64,000 nt of DNA from an uncultured delta proteobacterium (GTDB lineage Bacteria > Desulfobacterota > Binatia > UBA9968): contig CAVXEP010000004.1 of the NCBI GenBank assembly GCA_963760795.1, positions 128,001 through 192,000 of the forward strand, read 5' to 3'. Every line of letters begins with the position of its first letter. The stretch's first letter is position 1. A program made the position numbers and the translations under genes. Positions 20,155-30,211 of this stretch are shown piece after piece. The notes below the pieces were generated by a model. It did no database searches. It was not told where the DNA came from and saw only the letters and a list, made by a program, of their open reading frames with translations.

Positions 20155-21729
20155 ATGGACGCTCGCGGAACCGCTGCGCCGGCGATCGATATCGATCGGA
20201 TCACGGCGGCGAGCGACCACGCAATCCACGATCTCGTCCGCTATCTCGCCGCACCTAGGCATCGGCCGCAACTCATGCAGCTCCTCGCCGACTCGCCGGC
20301 CTGGCTCATCGCGAAATCGCGCCGGCTCGGCGGCGACCAGTCGGTATTGGAGGACGTGCAGATCGCGATCGACAGCTTTCACGATCCGCTCGCCACCGCG
20401 GACGTTATCAACTTGCTCCGCCTATATGCGGTGCGGGGCGCGGTGCAACAGCGCGCGACCCAGCGTGAAGGCGGTGGGCTGGACAGGCTCGTCGCGTCGG
20501 GCCGGTTGACTGATGCGCTCGACGCGGCTCTCGTGCTGGCCGAACCAACCGAGAGGTTCGGCGCGCTCAAGATAATCTGGGCGTCGCTGACATGTCTGCC
20601 TGGTAGCTCGGCCGAGGCGCACGCAAACATTCTGCTCCACGCCGGCGATGCGGCCAACGAGATGCCGAACGAATTCTTAACGGGGCAGGACCGCGCCAAC
20701 GCACTAAGCTGGCTTATCGACGAGTTCCTCGCGCTCGGCGAAAACGACGCCGCGCACGAGACCCTCAAGCGAATGAGTCGTACGATTGGGGATCGCGAAG
20801 ACGCCGTTGTCCGTGTGTTAGTGGGTGACGCAAGAGCAGGCCGTCTCGACGCAGCGCTCACGTTAATCCCTGGGATCTACAACGTCTGGCAGGATAGCAA
20901 AGCGCGAACTGCGCTCGCTCGAGAGCTCTGGCTCGCTCGGCGATACGACGACGCGCTGAAGCTTAGCGGGGAGGTGGGGGCGTTCGTTCGGACGCGGGTG
21001 CTCGCCGCGATCATCGAGGTGTTCGACACTCGCGATGTCAGTACGAGACAGCCATTGCTCGACGACGCACTCGCGACTGGCCGTGCGATTCCGCCGATCC
21101 CCGATACCGAGACCGAAAATCCATGGGATCTGAAGTGTGCCGGCCTTCGGTCGCTCGCCAACGCGCTAGCGTCGATTGGCGACTTTGCTCGCGCGCGAAT
21201 TGCCGCCGACGAGATTCCGCACATCGTCGACTCGGCGTTAACGTGGAGCGATGTCGCCGCCACAGCGCGCCGCGCGGGCAATCACGCCCTTGCCCGAGAG
21301 CTCCTCAATGCCGCGAAGGCCGCCGCAGAACACCTGCGTAACCGCGACATTCACGCGAAGCTCGCCCTTGCACTAGCGGCGGAACTCTCCACGCCTCTCG
21401 ACGTCAGGTTTAGCCTCACTGACGTCCTCCAGGCTCTCATCGGCGAAGGACGATCCACAATGGCACTTGACCTGATCGAGTCCAGCGTGAGCGGCGATCG
21501 CGATCAATTGATCAACCGGGCATTGCAGGCGACGACATGGTCCGAGCCGGAGCGACGTCGCCTGACGCAGATCGCCGCAAGCAATGGCGCCTTCAAGAGC
21601 CTCAACGTCGGCACTGCGGTCGAACACCCAACCCCGGAGCCTCGCGTGCAAAGTGCGGTCGACGTGACGCGGCGTCTCGCCGCGCTCGAGTCCCAGCATC
21701 GCGACGCTCGTGAGCGTCCAGCTCAATGA
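20155..21729 (+). CDS. Helical/TPR-like repeat protein, N-terminal part (putative STAND partner)
   Basis: AGGAGG 5 nt before ATG 20155; N-terminal LVRYLA...LMQLL...WL..K...GGDQSVLEDV; repeats of type ALA..GDFARA...ADEI. Confidence 0.7.
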   Translation: MDARGTAAPAIDIDRITAASDHAIHDLVRYLAAPRHRPQLMQLLADSPAWLIAKSRRLGGDQSVLEDVQIAIDSFHDPLATADVINLLRLYAVRGAVQQRATQREGGGLDRLVASGRLTDALDAALVLAEPTERFGALKIIWASLTCLPGSSAEAHANILLHAGDAANEMPNEFLTGQDRANALSWLIDEFLALGENDAAHETLKRMSRTIGDREDAVVRVLVGDARAGRLDAALTLIPGIYNVWQDSKARTALARELWLARRYDDALKLSGEVGAFVRTRVLAAIIEVFDTRDVSTRQPLLDDALATGRAIPPIPDTETENPWDLKCAGLRSLANALASIGDFARARIAADEIPHIVDSALTWSDVAATARRAGNHALARELLNAAKAAAEHLRNRDIHAKLALALAAELSTPLDVRFSLTDVLQALIGEGRSTMALDLIESSVSGDRDQLINRALQATTWSEPERRRLTQIAASNGAFKSLNVGTAVEHPTPEPRVQSAVDVTRRLAALESQHRDARERPAQ

Positions 21730-23314
21730 GAGAGCGCAAGCACTACTCGGGGAGGTGGGGTGCATAGGCGAGAGCGCGACCAACGACACCATTCGGCTGG
21801 ACACGATTCGAATCCTCATGCGGTTCGATCGCGTCGATCAGGCGCTCCGCTTGATCCGACCCGACAAAAAGGACGAGGAGTTAGAGACGGTCGTGGGTAA
21901 CGCAGTCGATGCGGGGCGATGCACGCAAGCCATTCACATCATCGATCAGATTGGCAATCCCGCGACACACGACATCATGGTCGAGCGCATCGTCGAGCGG
22001 CTGATTGCAATGCGCCGATTCGACGACGCGATATCCGCCGGCCGTGCCGCGTCGACCTCCCTCTTCGAGCCGATGGGGCGCGTCGCGTGGAACCTCATTC
22101 GCTCTGGAGAGGTGACTCGCGGATACGAGCTCGCCAGGTCGCTCGAGGGCAATCACGTGACTGGTTCGGTGGTGGCTCTCCATGCGGTCGGCCGCCCCGA
22201 CCTCGCTCGCGAGCTGGCCGAGAAGTGCCTACGAGAGGCTCCGGGCGATCTCGAGCTCTTCGTCCAAGCACTGGCGGGCGAAGGGCTCTACCGCGAGGCG
22301 CTCACGCTGGCGCAACGACACACGGTTGGCCAGATTCGCGATCAGACGATGGCGCACATCGCGATCAGCGCCGCGTCGGTAGACGAGTTCGAGTTCGCGC
22401 TGTCTGCGGTGCGAGATATGACGAGTCGCAGAGATCAGGACAGGGTACTGCAATCGGTCGTCGCGGGACTTCAGCGTTTGGGTCGCTCGCGCGAGGCGGA
22501 GGCGATCGCCGATACGATGGCCGACTCCGGAAGGAGAGACGCGGGACTTCAGGGCCGGCCGATGCTACTCCCCGGTGCATCGATGAGCCTCTGGCTCGAC
22601 AGTGGATTACTCGCGTACATCCGTTACTCGGCCCGCAGTTTCGCGGTAGCGATGCGCGTGCCCAGGCTCACGGAACTCTCGCGCGCCTATGCCGCCGTGG
22701 GTGATTTCGCGTCCGCCATAAATGTCGCGAGAGACATTGCCAACGGTGCGGCGCAGGCTGATGAGCTGCAGCGCCTCGCCGAGCAGCTTGCGTCGCTAGG
22801 CCGGTTCGACGAAGCGTTGGCGCTGGCGCGCGACATTGGGCCCGCAATGTCGCGAGCCTTGCAGCTCCAGGGCCTGCCGCCCGGCGAGGCCGAAGTGACA
22901 GCAAATTTGACAGTCCTGTCGGATACCGCGGAGCTCGACCCCGCATCAGGCAGAGTAAACTTTCCCGACCAGATCGTGACCGCTCTCGCGGGGATCGCCA
23001 TTGCGATCCGCGAAGCTGGGCGCGCGGTGGAAGCTGAAGCAGTGGTGGCCGAAGCGCGCCGCGTTGCGACCGTGCATGAGCTCTCGGACGAGACCTTGCG
23101 GCGATTTGCTCGCGCTCTCGCTGCGCTGGACCGCTGGAGCGAAGCTATGCGTACACTCCCTGCGCATGACGCCTACGCGTTTGCGCTCGAAGTGCACGCG
23201 CTTCACGATCTGCTGAATCGATTGCAGCCTGGTCTGGCGCTCGACGCAACGAACGCGGTCACGCGTATAGCCGGGTGGTTCGACGAAACCTGGAAGGATC
23301 TCGTTGCCGCATGA
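21710..23314 (+). CDS. TPR-like repeat protein, C-terminal part (separate gene or frameshifted continuation)
   Basis: Repeats RRFDDAISA, GLYREALTLA, GDFASAINVARDI, GRFDEALALARDI; stop overlaps the TIR start (ATGA). Confidence 0.7.
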   Translation: MSVQLNERAQALLGEVGCIGESATNDTIRLDTIRILMRFDRVDQALRLIRPDKKDEELETVVGNAVDAGRCTQAIHIIDQIGNPATHDIMVERIVERLIAMRRFDDAISAGRAASTSLFEPMGRVAWNLIRSGEVTRGYELARSLEGNHVTGSVVALHAVGRPDLARELAEKCLREAPGDLELFVQALAGEGLYREALTLAQRHTVGQIRDQTMAHIAISAASVDEFEFALSAVRDMTSRRDQDRVLQSVVAGLQRLGRSREAEAIADTMADSGRRDAGLQGRPMLLPGASMSLWLDSGLLAYIRYSARSFAVAMRVPRLTELSRAYAAVGDFASAINVARDIANGAAQADELQRLAEQLASLGRFDEALALARDIGPAMSRALQLQGLPPGEAEVTANLTVLSDTAELDPASGRVNFPDQIVTALAGIAIAIREAGRAVEAEAVVAEARRVATVHELSDETLRRFARALAALDRWSEAMRTLPAHDAYAFALEVHALHDLLNRLQPGLALDATNAVTRIAGWFDETWKDLVAA

Positions 23315-24891
23315 GCAGTCGCCAGCCTCGCGTGTTCGTTTCACACACTGTTCGCGACGAACGCGATCGGGCGCTCGCCCACGGAATCGCCGACGCCCTG
23401 CAGGCACGCGGGAGCAAGGTCTGGATCGCACCGGAAAGTATTCCGGCCGGCGACGATTGGGAGGAGGCGATCGTCGCTGGTGTGCTCGATGAGTGCACGC
23501 ATTTTCTCGTCATTCTGTCGGCGGCGTCGGTAAGATCGAAATGGGTCCAGGCTGAGATCGAGCTCGCGCGGCGGCGCGCGAAGAAGTCTGCTCGGTTTCG
23601 GGTGCTTCCCCTTCGCGTCGGCGATCTGAAACGGTTTCCCAACGAGAAGTATCTCGGTACGCTGCAGGCCGTCCGCTACGAGGCGATTCTCGATCAACAG
23701 GTGCAGGCCATCGCCGACGCGATCGGTCTCGTCCCGGCGCTGCCGGCGTCACACCTAGACCTTGAGGATGACCACGGCGGTGGGTTCGTCGGGCGCGATC
23801 ATGCGTTCGCCGCCATCGATCAGTTCACGACGAGTCGCGCGAAGGGATACTTCACCATCGTCGGTGATCCGGGCGCCGGGAAGAGCAGTATTCTCGGCGA
23901 GCTGGTTCGGAGAACTGGGTGCGTCGCGCACTTCAACAGTCACGCGTCTGCCATTACGACGACGCGCCAGTTCGAGGAGAGCATCTGCCGTCGGCTCGAG
24001 GTGCGTTTCGACATCCACCCGCTCGTGGCGAGCACCGCGCACCACGATGGCGAACGGCTTCGGGTCTTCCTCAAAGGCGCAGCCGAGAAAGTCGCGCGAC
24101 GTGGTGAACGACCGCTCGTTATCGCCGTCGATGCGTTGGATGAGGTGTCCGACGTAGTGCCTAACGGGCCGAATACGTTGCTGTTGCCGCAGGTCATGCC
24201 TGACGGCGTCTACTTCATCATGACGCGCCGCCGCCTAACGCTGCCGCTCGTGTCGATATCGCCGCAGACCGTCTGGGACCTGAGCGATTTCCCACAGGAA
24301 AACCGGCGGGACATCGAAGTGTACTTTCGAGCGGCCGCAAAACGCCCAAAGGTTCGGAAGTGGATCGAGTCCAGCCGCGGGCAGCTTGGAGACTTCCTCG
24401 ACACGCTGGTTGCCAAGAGCGAGCTGAATTTCATGTACGCGCATTATGTGGTGCAGGCGATCGAGAGCGAAGCCTATGAGGATGCACGACTTGACGCATT
24501 GCCGACGGGGCTCCGCGGCTACTACGAGGCCCACTGGGCACGAATGGGAATGCTCGCTTCGCCACTCCCGCGAGAGAAAATTCGAATCATCTACGCGCTC
24601 TCCGAGATCGCGCGTCCGGCATCGGTGGTGGAGATCAGCAGGTTTGCGAGCGATGACACGATAACCATCGATCCGCTGCGGGTCTCGGAGCTGTTGCGGG
24701 AGTGGAGACCCTTCCTCCATCAGGAAGGCACTGGAATAGCCGGGCGGTTCGGCATCTATCACGAGAGCTTTCGAGACTTCCTTCGCCAACAGGAAGTGGT
24801 TCAAGCAGCTGGCATATGGCTCGACGATGTGAGAGACCGCATCGTGGGGAGCCTTTGGGAGGAAGTGGCGGGCCACAAGGCCCCCTCGTGA
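23311..24891 (+). CDS. TIR domain + STAND/NACHT-type NTPase with no C-terminal repeats
   Basis: VFVSH, IPAGDDW, ILSAAS..SKWVQAE (TIR); FVGR, GDPGAGKS (Walker A), VIAVDALDE (Walker B), LPTGL..YYE, IYHESFRDFL. Confidence 0.9.
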   Translation: MSSRQPRVFVSHTVRDERDRALAHGIADALQARGSKVWIAPESIPAGDDWEEAIVAGVLDECTHFLVILSAASVRSKWVQAEIELARRRAKKSARFRVLPLRVGDLKRFPNEKYLGTLQAVRYEAILDQQVQAIADAIGLVPALPASHLDLEDDHGGGFVGRDHAFAAIDQFTTSRAKGYFTIVGDPGAGKSSILGELVRRTGCVAHFNSHASAITTTRQFEESICRRLEVRFDIHPLVASTAHHDGERLRVFLKGAAEKVARRGERPLVIAVDALDEVSDVVPNGPNTLLLPQVMPDGVYFIMTRRRLTLPLVSISPQTVWDLSDFPQENRRDIEVYFRAAAKRPKVRKWIESSRGQLGDFLDTLVAKSELNFMYAHYVVQAIESEAYEDARLDALPTGLRGYYEAHWARMGMLASPLPREKIRIIYALSEIARPASVVEISRFASDDTITIDPLRVSELLREWRPFLHQEGTGIAGRFGIYHESFRDFLRQQEVVQAAGIWLDDVRDRIVGSLWEEVAGHKAPS

Positions 24892-24997
24892 TGGAACACG
24901 CTTCACAACGTCAAGTCGCTCGGACCGTCCTGCAACAGCCCGAGCGACTTGACGGTCTTTCAATTGTCGTGCACAGCAGCTCAGCTCAACATATAAA

Positions 24998-25189
24998 TCA
25001 AAGAATCGCGTCATCCGTGCGTTGAAGTTCGGAGCCCGTTTGTGGGTCGTAGAGTATCACGGACCAGACGTCCTTGGCGGGCACACGATGCGCACTCGGT
25101 AGTTGCTTCAGTCCGCCCAGGTAGTTCCCGTCCTTGCCCTGTTCCGTAGAGGCATATTGCGAGCCCGCGCGCAACATCTTCGCCGCCAT
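24998..25189 (-). pseudogene. DUF1214/DUF1254-family fragment
   Basis: GSQYA...KDGNYL...VPAKDVWSVILYDPQT.SELQ resembles the DUF1214 core; only ~60 aa remain. Confidence 0.55.
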
Positions 25190-25231
25190 CGCGCGCGCGT
25201 TCAGAAAGGCGCCGGGGTCAGGCGTAGGTAT

Positions 25232-27072
25232 TGGTTCTGCTGAAAAACCCCTGAATTTGATTCGCGACCGCCGCTAGTAAACAGTGGTCATCGCCAAATA
25301 ATGTTACGCCAGAGAAAGTTTCACCCTCAACGAAGCCATAGCCAGGAAAATGAGCTGCGCTCCGCCCTTAAGCGGGGCTCAGAGGCGGCGTTCTCATCTG
25401 AAACGCGAGTAGATTTAGATATCGTTTTACGTTGCAAGCTGCACCTATGAAGTAATTCGATAAACCGACCCGGCTTAAGCCCCGATATTTCGTCCGTCTC
25501 ATCGCGTGCCCACGCACCAACTCGCTGTGGGTTCCCTCAATCCCGTTTCTCGGATGCATGGATTTGGAGAAACCTTTCTGTTTCATTTCTCTGCGCCGCT
25601 GCTCGACCAGATCATGGCGCAGTCCAACGACCAAAGTTCTCCGTCCACTCTTGGACCGCGTACATTGCTTTTGTACCGGACAGCTATTGCATTGATTGCC
25701 CCACTCGATGCGATAGTACTCGGTTCCCATATAGTTATCTTTGATGCGGCTGCACTGCGTGCTGAGCTTGCCCTGAGGACAAACCGCCTGGCGCTCGTTG
25801 ATATCGACATGGAACGCATCGCTATTGTAGGGTCCCTTGTGAGGATCGGGACGCGTCGGTCCTAATAACTCCATGCCGTTTTGTTCCGCCTGCGTTAAGG
25901 TGTGCTCGGTCACATAACCTGCATCGGTGTAGATCGCCCGGGGTTCGATCTCATGGTGCGCTTGTTCTCTTGTGAGCGTCTCGGTCAAGCCAGCCTTCTC
26001 GTCCTGGGCCGCTTCGACGGTCAGCATCTCGGTGATGAAATGGTCGGTGGGCTCGCCCTTTTTCTTGATCGGTTGTTGAGGATCGACAGTCTCGGTTACA
26101 TGCACCTTGTAGCCGATCCATTGCTTGCTCCTCTTATCGGCATAATGCGCATCGGAATCATGGGGGTTCTGCACCGCGCGAGGCGGTCGCTTGGGGGCGA
26201 GCTCAAGCTTTCCGTCGACCATCTCAAACTGCTCGCCAAAGACTCGCCGCAATAGTTTCACTGCTTCACGTCCAGCGAGCTTAGGATCGTTTCCGTCTAG
26301 CCACTCCAGCAGCTCTCTCATGTCTTGCCCACACTGCCGATAGCGGCGGTCGCGCTCGGTCTTGTTTAGCCGCCAATCCAGTTTGCTCTCTACATACAGT
26401 TCCCACAACCTGTCCCAAAATTCTGGCTGCTTTTTCCTCCCCACTTTTACTTTCAAATCCTCCAACGCCAAGCGCAGCGTCTCTATCGCGCACTCCAACA
26501 AGCTCATCGCCTTGACGTACCCCACGATATGCGTGCTATCGAGCCGCTGCTTGCCCTTTCTCTTCACCAATCCCAGCTCCACCAGCAACTTAACTATCCC
26601 GTCAAAGATCATCCGCTCGACTTTGTTGTCTTCCAACCGGTCGCGAAAATAAACTAACACCGTGGCATGAAACCCGGCGTAATCCAGTTCCAGATCTAAG
26701 GCGTACTTCCAACCCAGATGATACACCACGCGCTCGGTGGCCGAGCGATCTGCTGCTTTCTCCATGAACTGGAGCAGCGTCACTCCGCAAAGTAGCACCG
26801 GATCGATCCCCGGCCGGCCGTTCTCGGCGCAATACAACGCTTCAAGTTTCGGGGAAAGCTCTAAAAGCTTGGGCCAGATCTTTTCCCGAAACAACCGGTA
26901 GCGATTGGCTGGACCGAAAAGATCTCCAGCAAGATAGTCGGTATGATAAAAGCTTCTCTGTGCAGCGACGGCTCTTACGCTCATGAGAAAACGATGAAGG
27001 CGATATCGTCGCTTGTCAACGTAGATTTAACTGAACAAACAAAAAACTTGAGGGGGTTTTTCAGCAGAACCA
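25232..27072 (-). mobile_element. IS1182-family insertion sequence with 20-bp terminal IRs and 4-bp target duplication GTAT
   Basis: tggttctgctgaaaaacccc (25232-25251) / ggggtttttcagcagaacca (27053-27072); GTAT at 25228-25231 and 27073-27076. Confidence 0.9.
25368..26984 (-). CDS. IS1182-family DDE transposase
   Basis: GRPGIDP (DUF772-like), LDSTHI, GYKVHVTET, DAGY, CPQG...C..CPV...C, IEGTHSELVR...YRGL. Confidence 0.9.
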   Translation of the reverse strand: MSVRAVAAQRSFYHTDYLAGDLFGPANRYRLFREKIWPKLLELSPKLEALYCAENGRPGIDPVLLCGVTLLQFMEKAADRSATERVVYHLGWKYALDLELDYAGFHATVLVYFRDRLEDNKVERMIFDGIVKLLVELGLVKRKGKQRLDSTHIVGYVKAMSLLECAIETLRLALEDLKVKVGRKKQPEFWDRLWELYVESKLDWRLNKTERDRRYRQCGQDMRELLEWLDGNDPKLAGREAVKLLRRVFGEQFEMVDGKLELAPKRPPRAVQNPHDSDAHYADKRSKQWIGYKVHVTETVDPQQPIKKKGEPTDHFITEMLTVEAAQDEKAGLTETLTREQAHHEIEPRAIYTDAGYVTEHTLTQAEQNGMELLGPTRPDPHKGPYNSDAFHVDINERQAVCPQGKLSTQCSRIKDNYMGTEYYRIEWGNQCNSCPVQKQCTRSKSGRRTLVVGLRHDLVEQRRREMKQKGFSKSMHPRNGIEGTHSELVRGHAMRRTKYRGLSRVGLSNYFIGAACNVKRYLNLLAFQMRTPPLSPA

Positions 27073-27333
27073 GTATTGACTAATTGCCAAAACGTCAGGG
27101 GAAATTTCCGTAATACAGGTGGTTTTTGAAGCGAAGAAAGTTCCGAGGCACAGGTGTTGAAACTTGCAAGCGTGGAACCTCTCTGTCTGCTTGCTGTTGA
27201 AAACAAAAGTTTTCTGAGCGCAAAACAGAGTGACCCGAGACACTGTATTTGCCGATCTTTATGTACCTGCTAGGATGCGGCGAGCCAATTTTGTCGATCA
27301 TCGCGGCTGCGGCCGCCGTTGAAAGGATCCCTG
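27073..27333 (+). repeat. Dispersed non-coding element, copy 2 (longest)
   Basis: Aligns with 19637-19843 and 32287-32491. Confidence 0.9.
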
Positions 27334-27444
27334 CTCGGTCGGCAAATCATTGTCAAAATTGTCGCTAGTGATACAACTATCGACTGAGCGGTGACGCAGC
27401 AACCCTGACACAGAAAACTTGGAGTGCAAACAGTGGAGTCGTCC

Positions 27445-28789
27445 ATGGTGCGAGCGAAAGCGATCTACTTTATCAACCAGTTTTTCGCCGGTGTCGGCGG
27501 TGAAGACAAAGCCGACCACGCGCTTGAACTTCGGCGGGAAGCGCTCGGCCCGGCCAAATATTTTCAGGAGTTGAGCAGGGATTCCGTCGATGTTGTTGCG
27601 ACGGTTTATTGCGGCGACAACTACTTCGCCGACCACTCGAGCGCGGTGGTCGAGGCAAGTCGTCGAAGCCGTCCGTAGCAACGGCGCGACAATTTTTATT
27701 GCCGGCCCGGCGTTTGGCTCCGGGCGCTATGGTTATGCCTGTGTCGAGCTCTGCCACCATGTGACCACTGCCACGGGAATCCCTTGCTTGAGTGCAATGG
27801 CGTTGGAGAATCCCGGGGTGGAGCTGTATCAACAATACAAGGATCGGCAGGTTTATCTCTTGCCCACCGGCGAAGCGGTCTCCGGTATGAGGGATATGCT
27901 GGCGCGCATGGCGCGCTTCGCCAAGCGGTTAGCCGGTGGCACGGTCATCGGACCCGCTGTGGACGAGGGATACATCCCCCGTGGCATACGCGTCGCTGCC
28001 CTAGCGCCGAAGCGTGGGGTGGAGCGCGCGGTCGATATGATGTTGGCGAAGGTTGCCGGGAGAGATTTTGTCAGTGAAATCCCGATCGAAACCGTTGAGC
28101 AGACGCCCATTGCCGCGCCGATCGGCAATCTCAAACAGGCCCGGCTGGCGTTGGTCAGTACCGCCGGCGTAGTGGCGCCGGGCAACCCCGACGGTTTCAA
28201 AACCAATGGCAACACGCAGTGGCGCAAGTATGCCGTCGGACAGATCGACTCGATGACCGATGCGCCCTGGGACGTGTGGCATGGCGGCTACAACACGGTG
28301 TTCATGCACGACAATCCCAACTACGGCGTGCCGCTGGATAGCTGCCGCGAATTCGAGCAGGCCGGCGGCATCGGCAAAGTCCATCCCTATTTTTATTCCA
28401 TCCCCGGCTCTTTCGGCCAAATATCGATCATGCAAAACATCGGCAAAGAGATCCTGCGCGACATGAAGGAGGAAGGCGTCAGCGGCGCGCTGCTGGTGTC
28501 GACCTGAGGGACCTGCACTCGCAGCGGCGCTGCGATCGCGCGGGAAATCGAACGGGGCGGTATTCCGGTTGCGCATATCACTTCCATGGCCGAGCTGGCC
28601 AAGCAGATGAAATCGAAACGCATCGTCATCGGCACCAAGATCCCGCACCCATGCGGCGATCCCAACTTGCCGCCGGACGCGGACCAGGCGCTGCGGCGCG
28701 AGATCGTCGCCACCGCGCTCAAAGCTCTGCAGATGGACGTCGAGGGGCCGGAGACTTTCAAGCCGGCAATCTCCTACACTTCGGGATAG
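27445..28789 (+). CDS. grdB: Glycine/sarcosine/betaine reductase selenoprotein B family; Sec at UGA 28505-28507; indel near 27655
   Basis: YFINQFFAGVGGEDKAD, YCGDNYF, AGPAFGSGRYG.AC, HGGY, PLD, LVST-UGA-GTCTRSG continuing in frame to 28789. Confidence 0.88.
28508..28535 (+). promoter_or_regulatory. Bacterial SECIS-like hairpin
   Basis: 11-nt spacer after UGA, then perfect 7-bp stem tcgcagc-GGC-gctgcga (28519-28535). Confidence 0.75.
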
Positions 28790-28797
28790 GCTGCGCT

Positions 28798-30106
28798 ATG
28801 CGATTGGAACTGGTCAGCTTTCCAGTAACGATGGTGCGCCGTGGCACGCAGACGCGTTATCAAAACGGCGCGTTGGAAATCGACATCGACGATCTGTCGG
28901 CGCTGGTGCTGTCCGACCCGAAAGTGGCGAGCGCCGACCTCGACATCGCTTTCCCCGGCGAGAAGACGCGCATCGTGCGCGTGCGCGACGCCGTCGAACC
29001 GCGCATCAAAGTGGCTGGGCCGGGCGCGGTTTTCCCCGGTATCCTGGGACCGGTGGAAACGGTTGGCGAGGGGCGGACGCATCGGCTTGCCGGGCTCACC
29101 GTCATCGCCTCGGCGGAATATGAGCGGACGATTTTCGAAGGCACCGCAGCGGGCCGCACCGGCCTGGTCGACATGTGGGGCCTGGCGGGCGAGCTGACGC
29201 CGTTCGGCTCGACGATCAATATTGTCCTCAAGATCGAGCTGCGCGGCGGTATTTCCGAATTAGAAGCCCATACGGCTATTCAACTGGCGGAGTTGCGGCT
29301 CGCGCGCGCGTTGGCGGAGACGACCCGGGAGTTAACGACTAAAGATGTCGAAGTGTTCGAAACCGGCGCTGCCGATCCGTCGTTGCCGCGGGTTGTTTAC
29401 GTTCTCGGCTGTCGCACGGCGTGGCACGAGCCCCATTCCGGTGTCGCGCTGTACGGCTTGCCGATCCGCGAGTCGTTTCCGACGCTCCTCCATCCCAATG
29501 AATTTCTCGACGGCGCCTTCACTTCCGACGCGCGGCGCGGCGGCCGCGGCACCTTTCCCAGGTACCTGGTATTGGATGAATCAGCCGGTGGTATTGCAGC
29601 TGCTGCGCGAGCATGGCAAGCGGCTCAATTTCCTGGGCGTGATCCTGCAGCGCACCCGCTTCGAGAGCGACTTCGGCAAGCAGGTGAGCGCCATGGCGGT
29701 GTCACAAATGGCCAGGATGCTCCACGCCGACACCGCTCTGATCACTCGCACCGGACCGTCGGGCAACAATTTCATCGACACCATGATGACGCTGCAGGCC
29801 TGCGAGAGTAAAGGAGTGAAAACGGTGCTGCTGACGCCGGAATGGGGCGGCCGGCAAGGCACCGAGCTGCCGCTGATGTTTTACGTCCCCGAGGCGACGG
29901 CGATGGTGACCACCGGCAGTCTGGATCGGCTGATCGACTTTGCCGCGCCGGACAAAGTCATCGGCGCGGGCGATACTCGCGTCGTCGAAATTGCCACCGG
30001 CGATCCGCCCATCGAGCCGGCGACCGCGTTCGTCGGCGACATGAGCTATTTACAGGACGGCATCGACTGGTGGGGCGAGTCGCGCCAGTATTGCGCGGTT
30101 TATTGA
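28798..30106 (+). CDS. Glycine/sarcosine/betaine reductase component B subunit (GrdE/GrdI-like); indel near 29560
   Basis: MRLEL, IAFPGEKTRI...DAVEPR.K, VGEGRTHRL, GLVDMWG, TPFG, PTLLHPNEFLDGA, NQPVV..L...HGK.LNFLGVI, GVKTVLLT. Confidence 0.85.
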
Positions 30107-30211
30107 AAGCGAACAGGCGCGGGCGAATATCCCGCAAAGGCGCCAAGATGCAAAGTTGCAAAGTTCGCTGTGCGCGAACGACACGAGTGTCAATACATAA
30201 CGAGGTGAACG

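Noticed and set aside
21700-21729. Programmed frameshift joining the two TPR-like ORFs
   Set aside because: No slippery sequence is visible; it cannot be told apart from an assembly indel or a true two-gene overlap.
27061-27301. Small minus-strand ORFs (MIDKIGSPHP...) repeated at 32295-32446
   Set aside because: They derive from the repeated element, and the frames are not conserved among the three copies.
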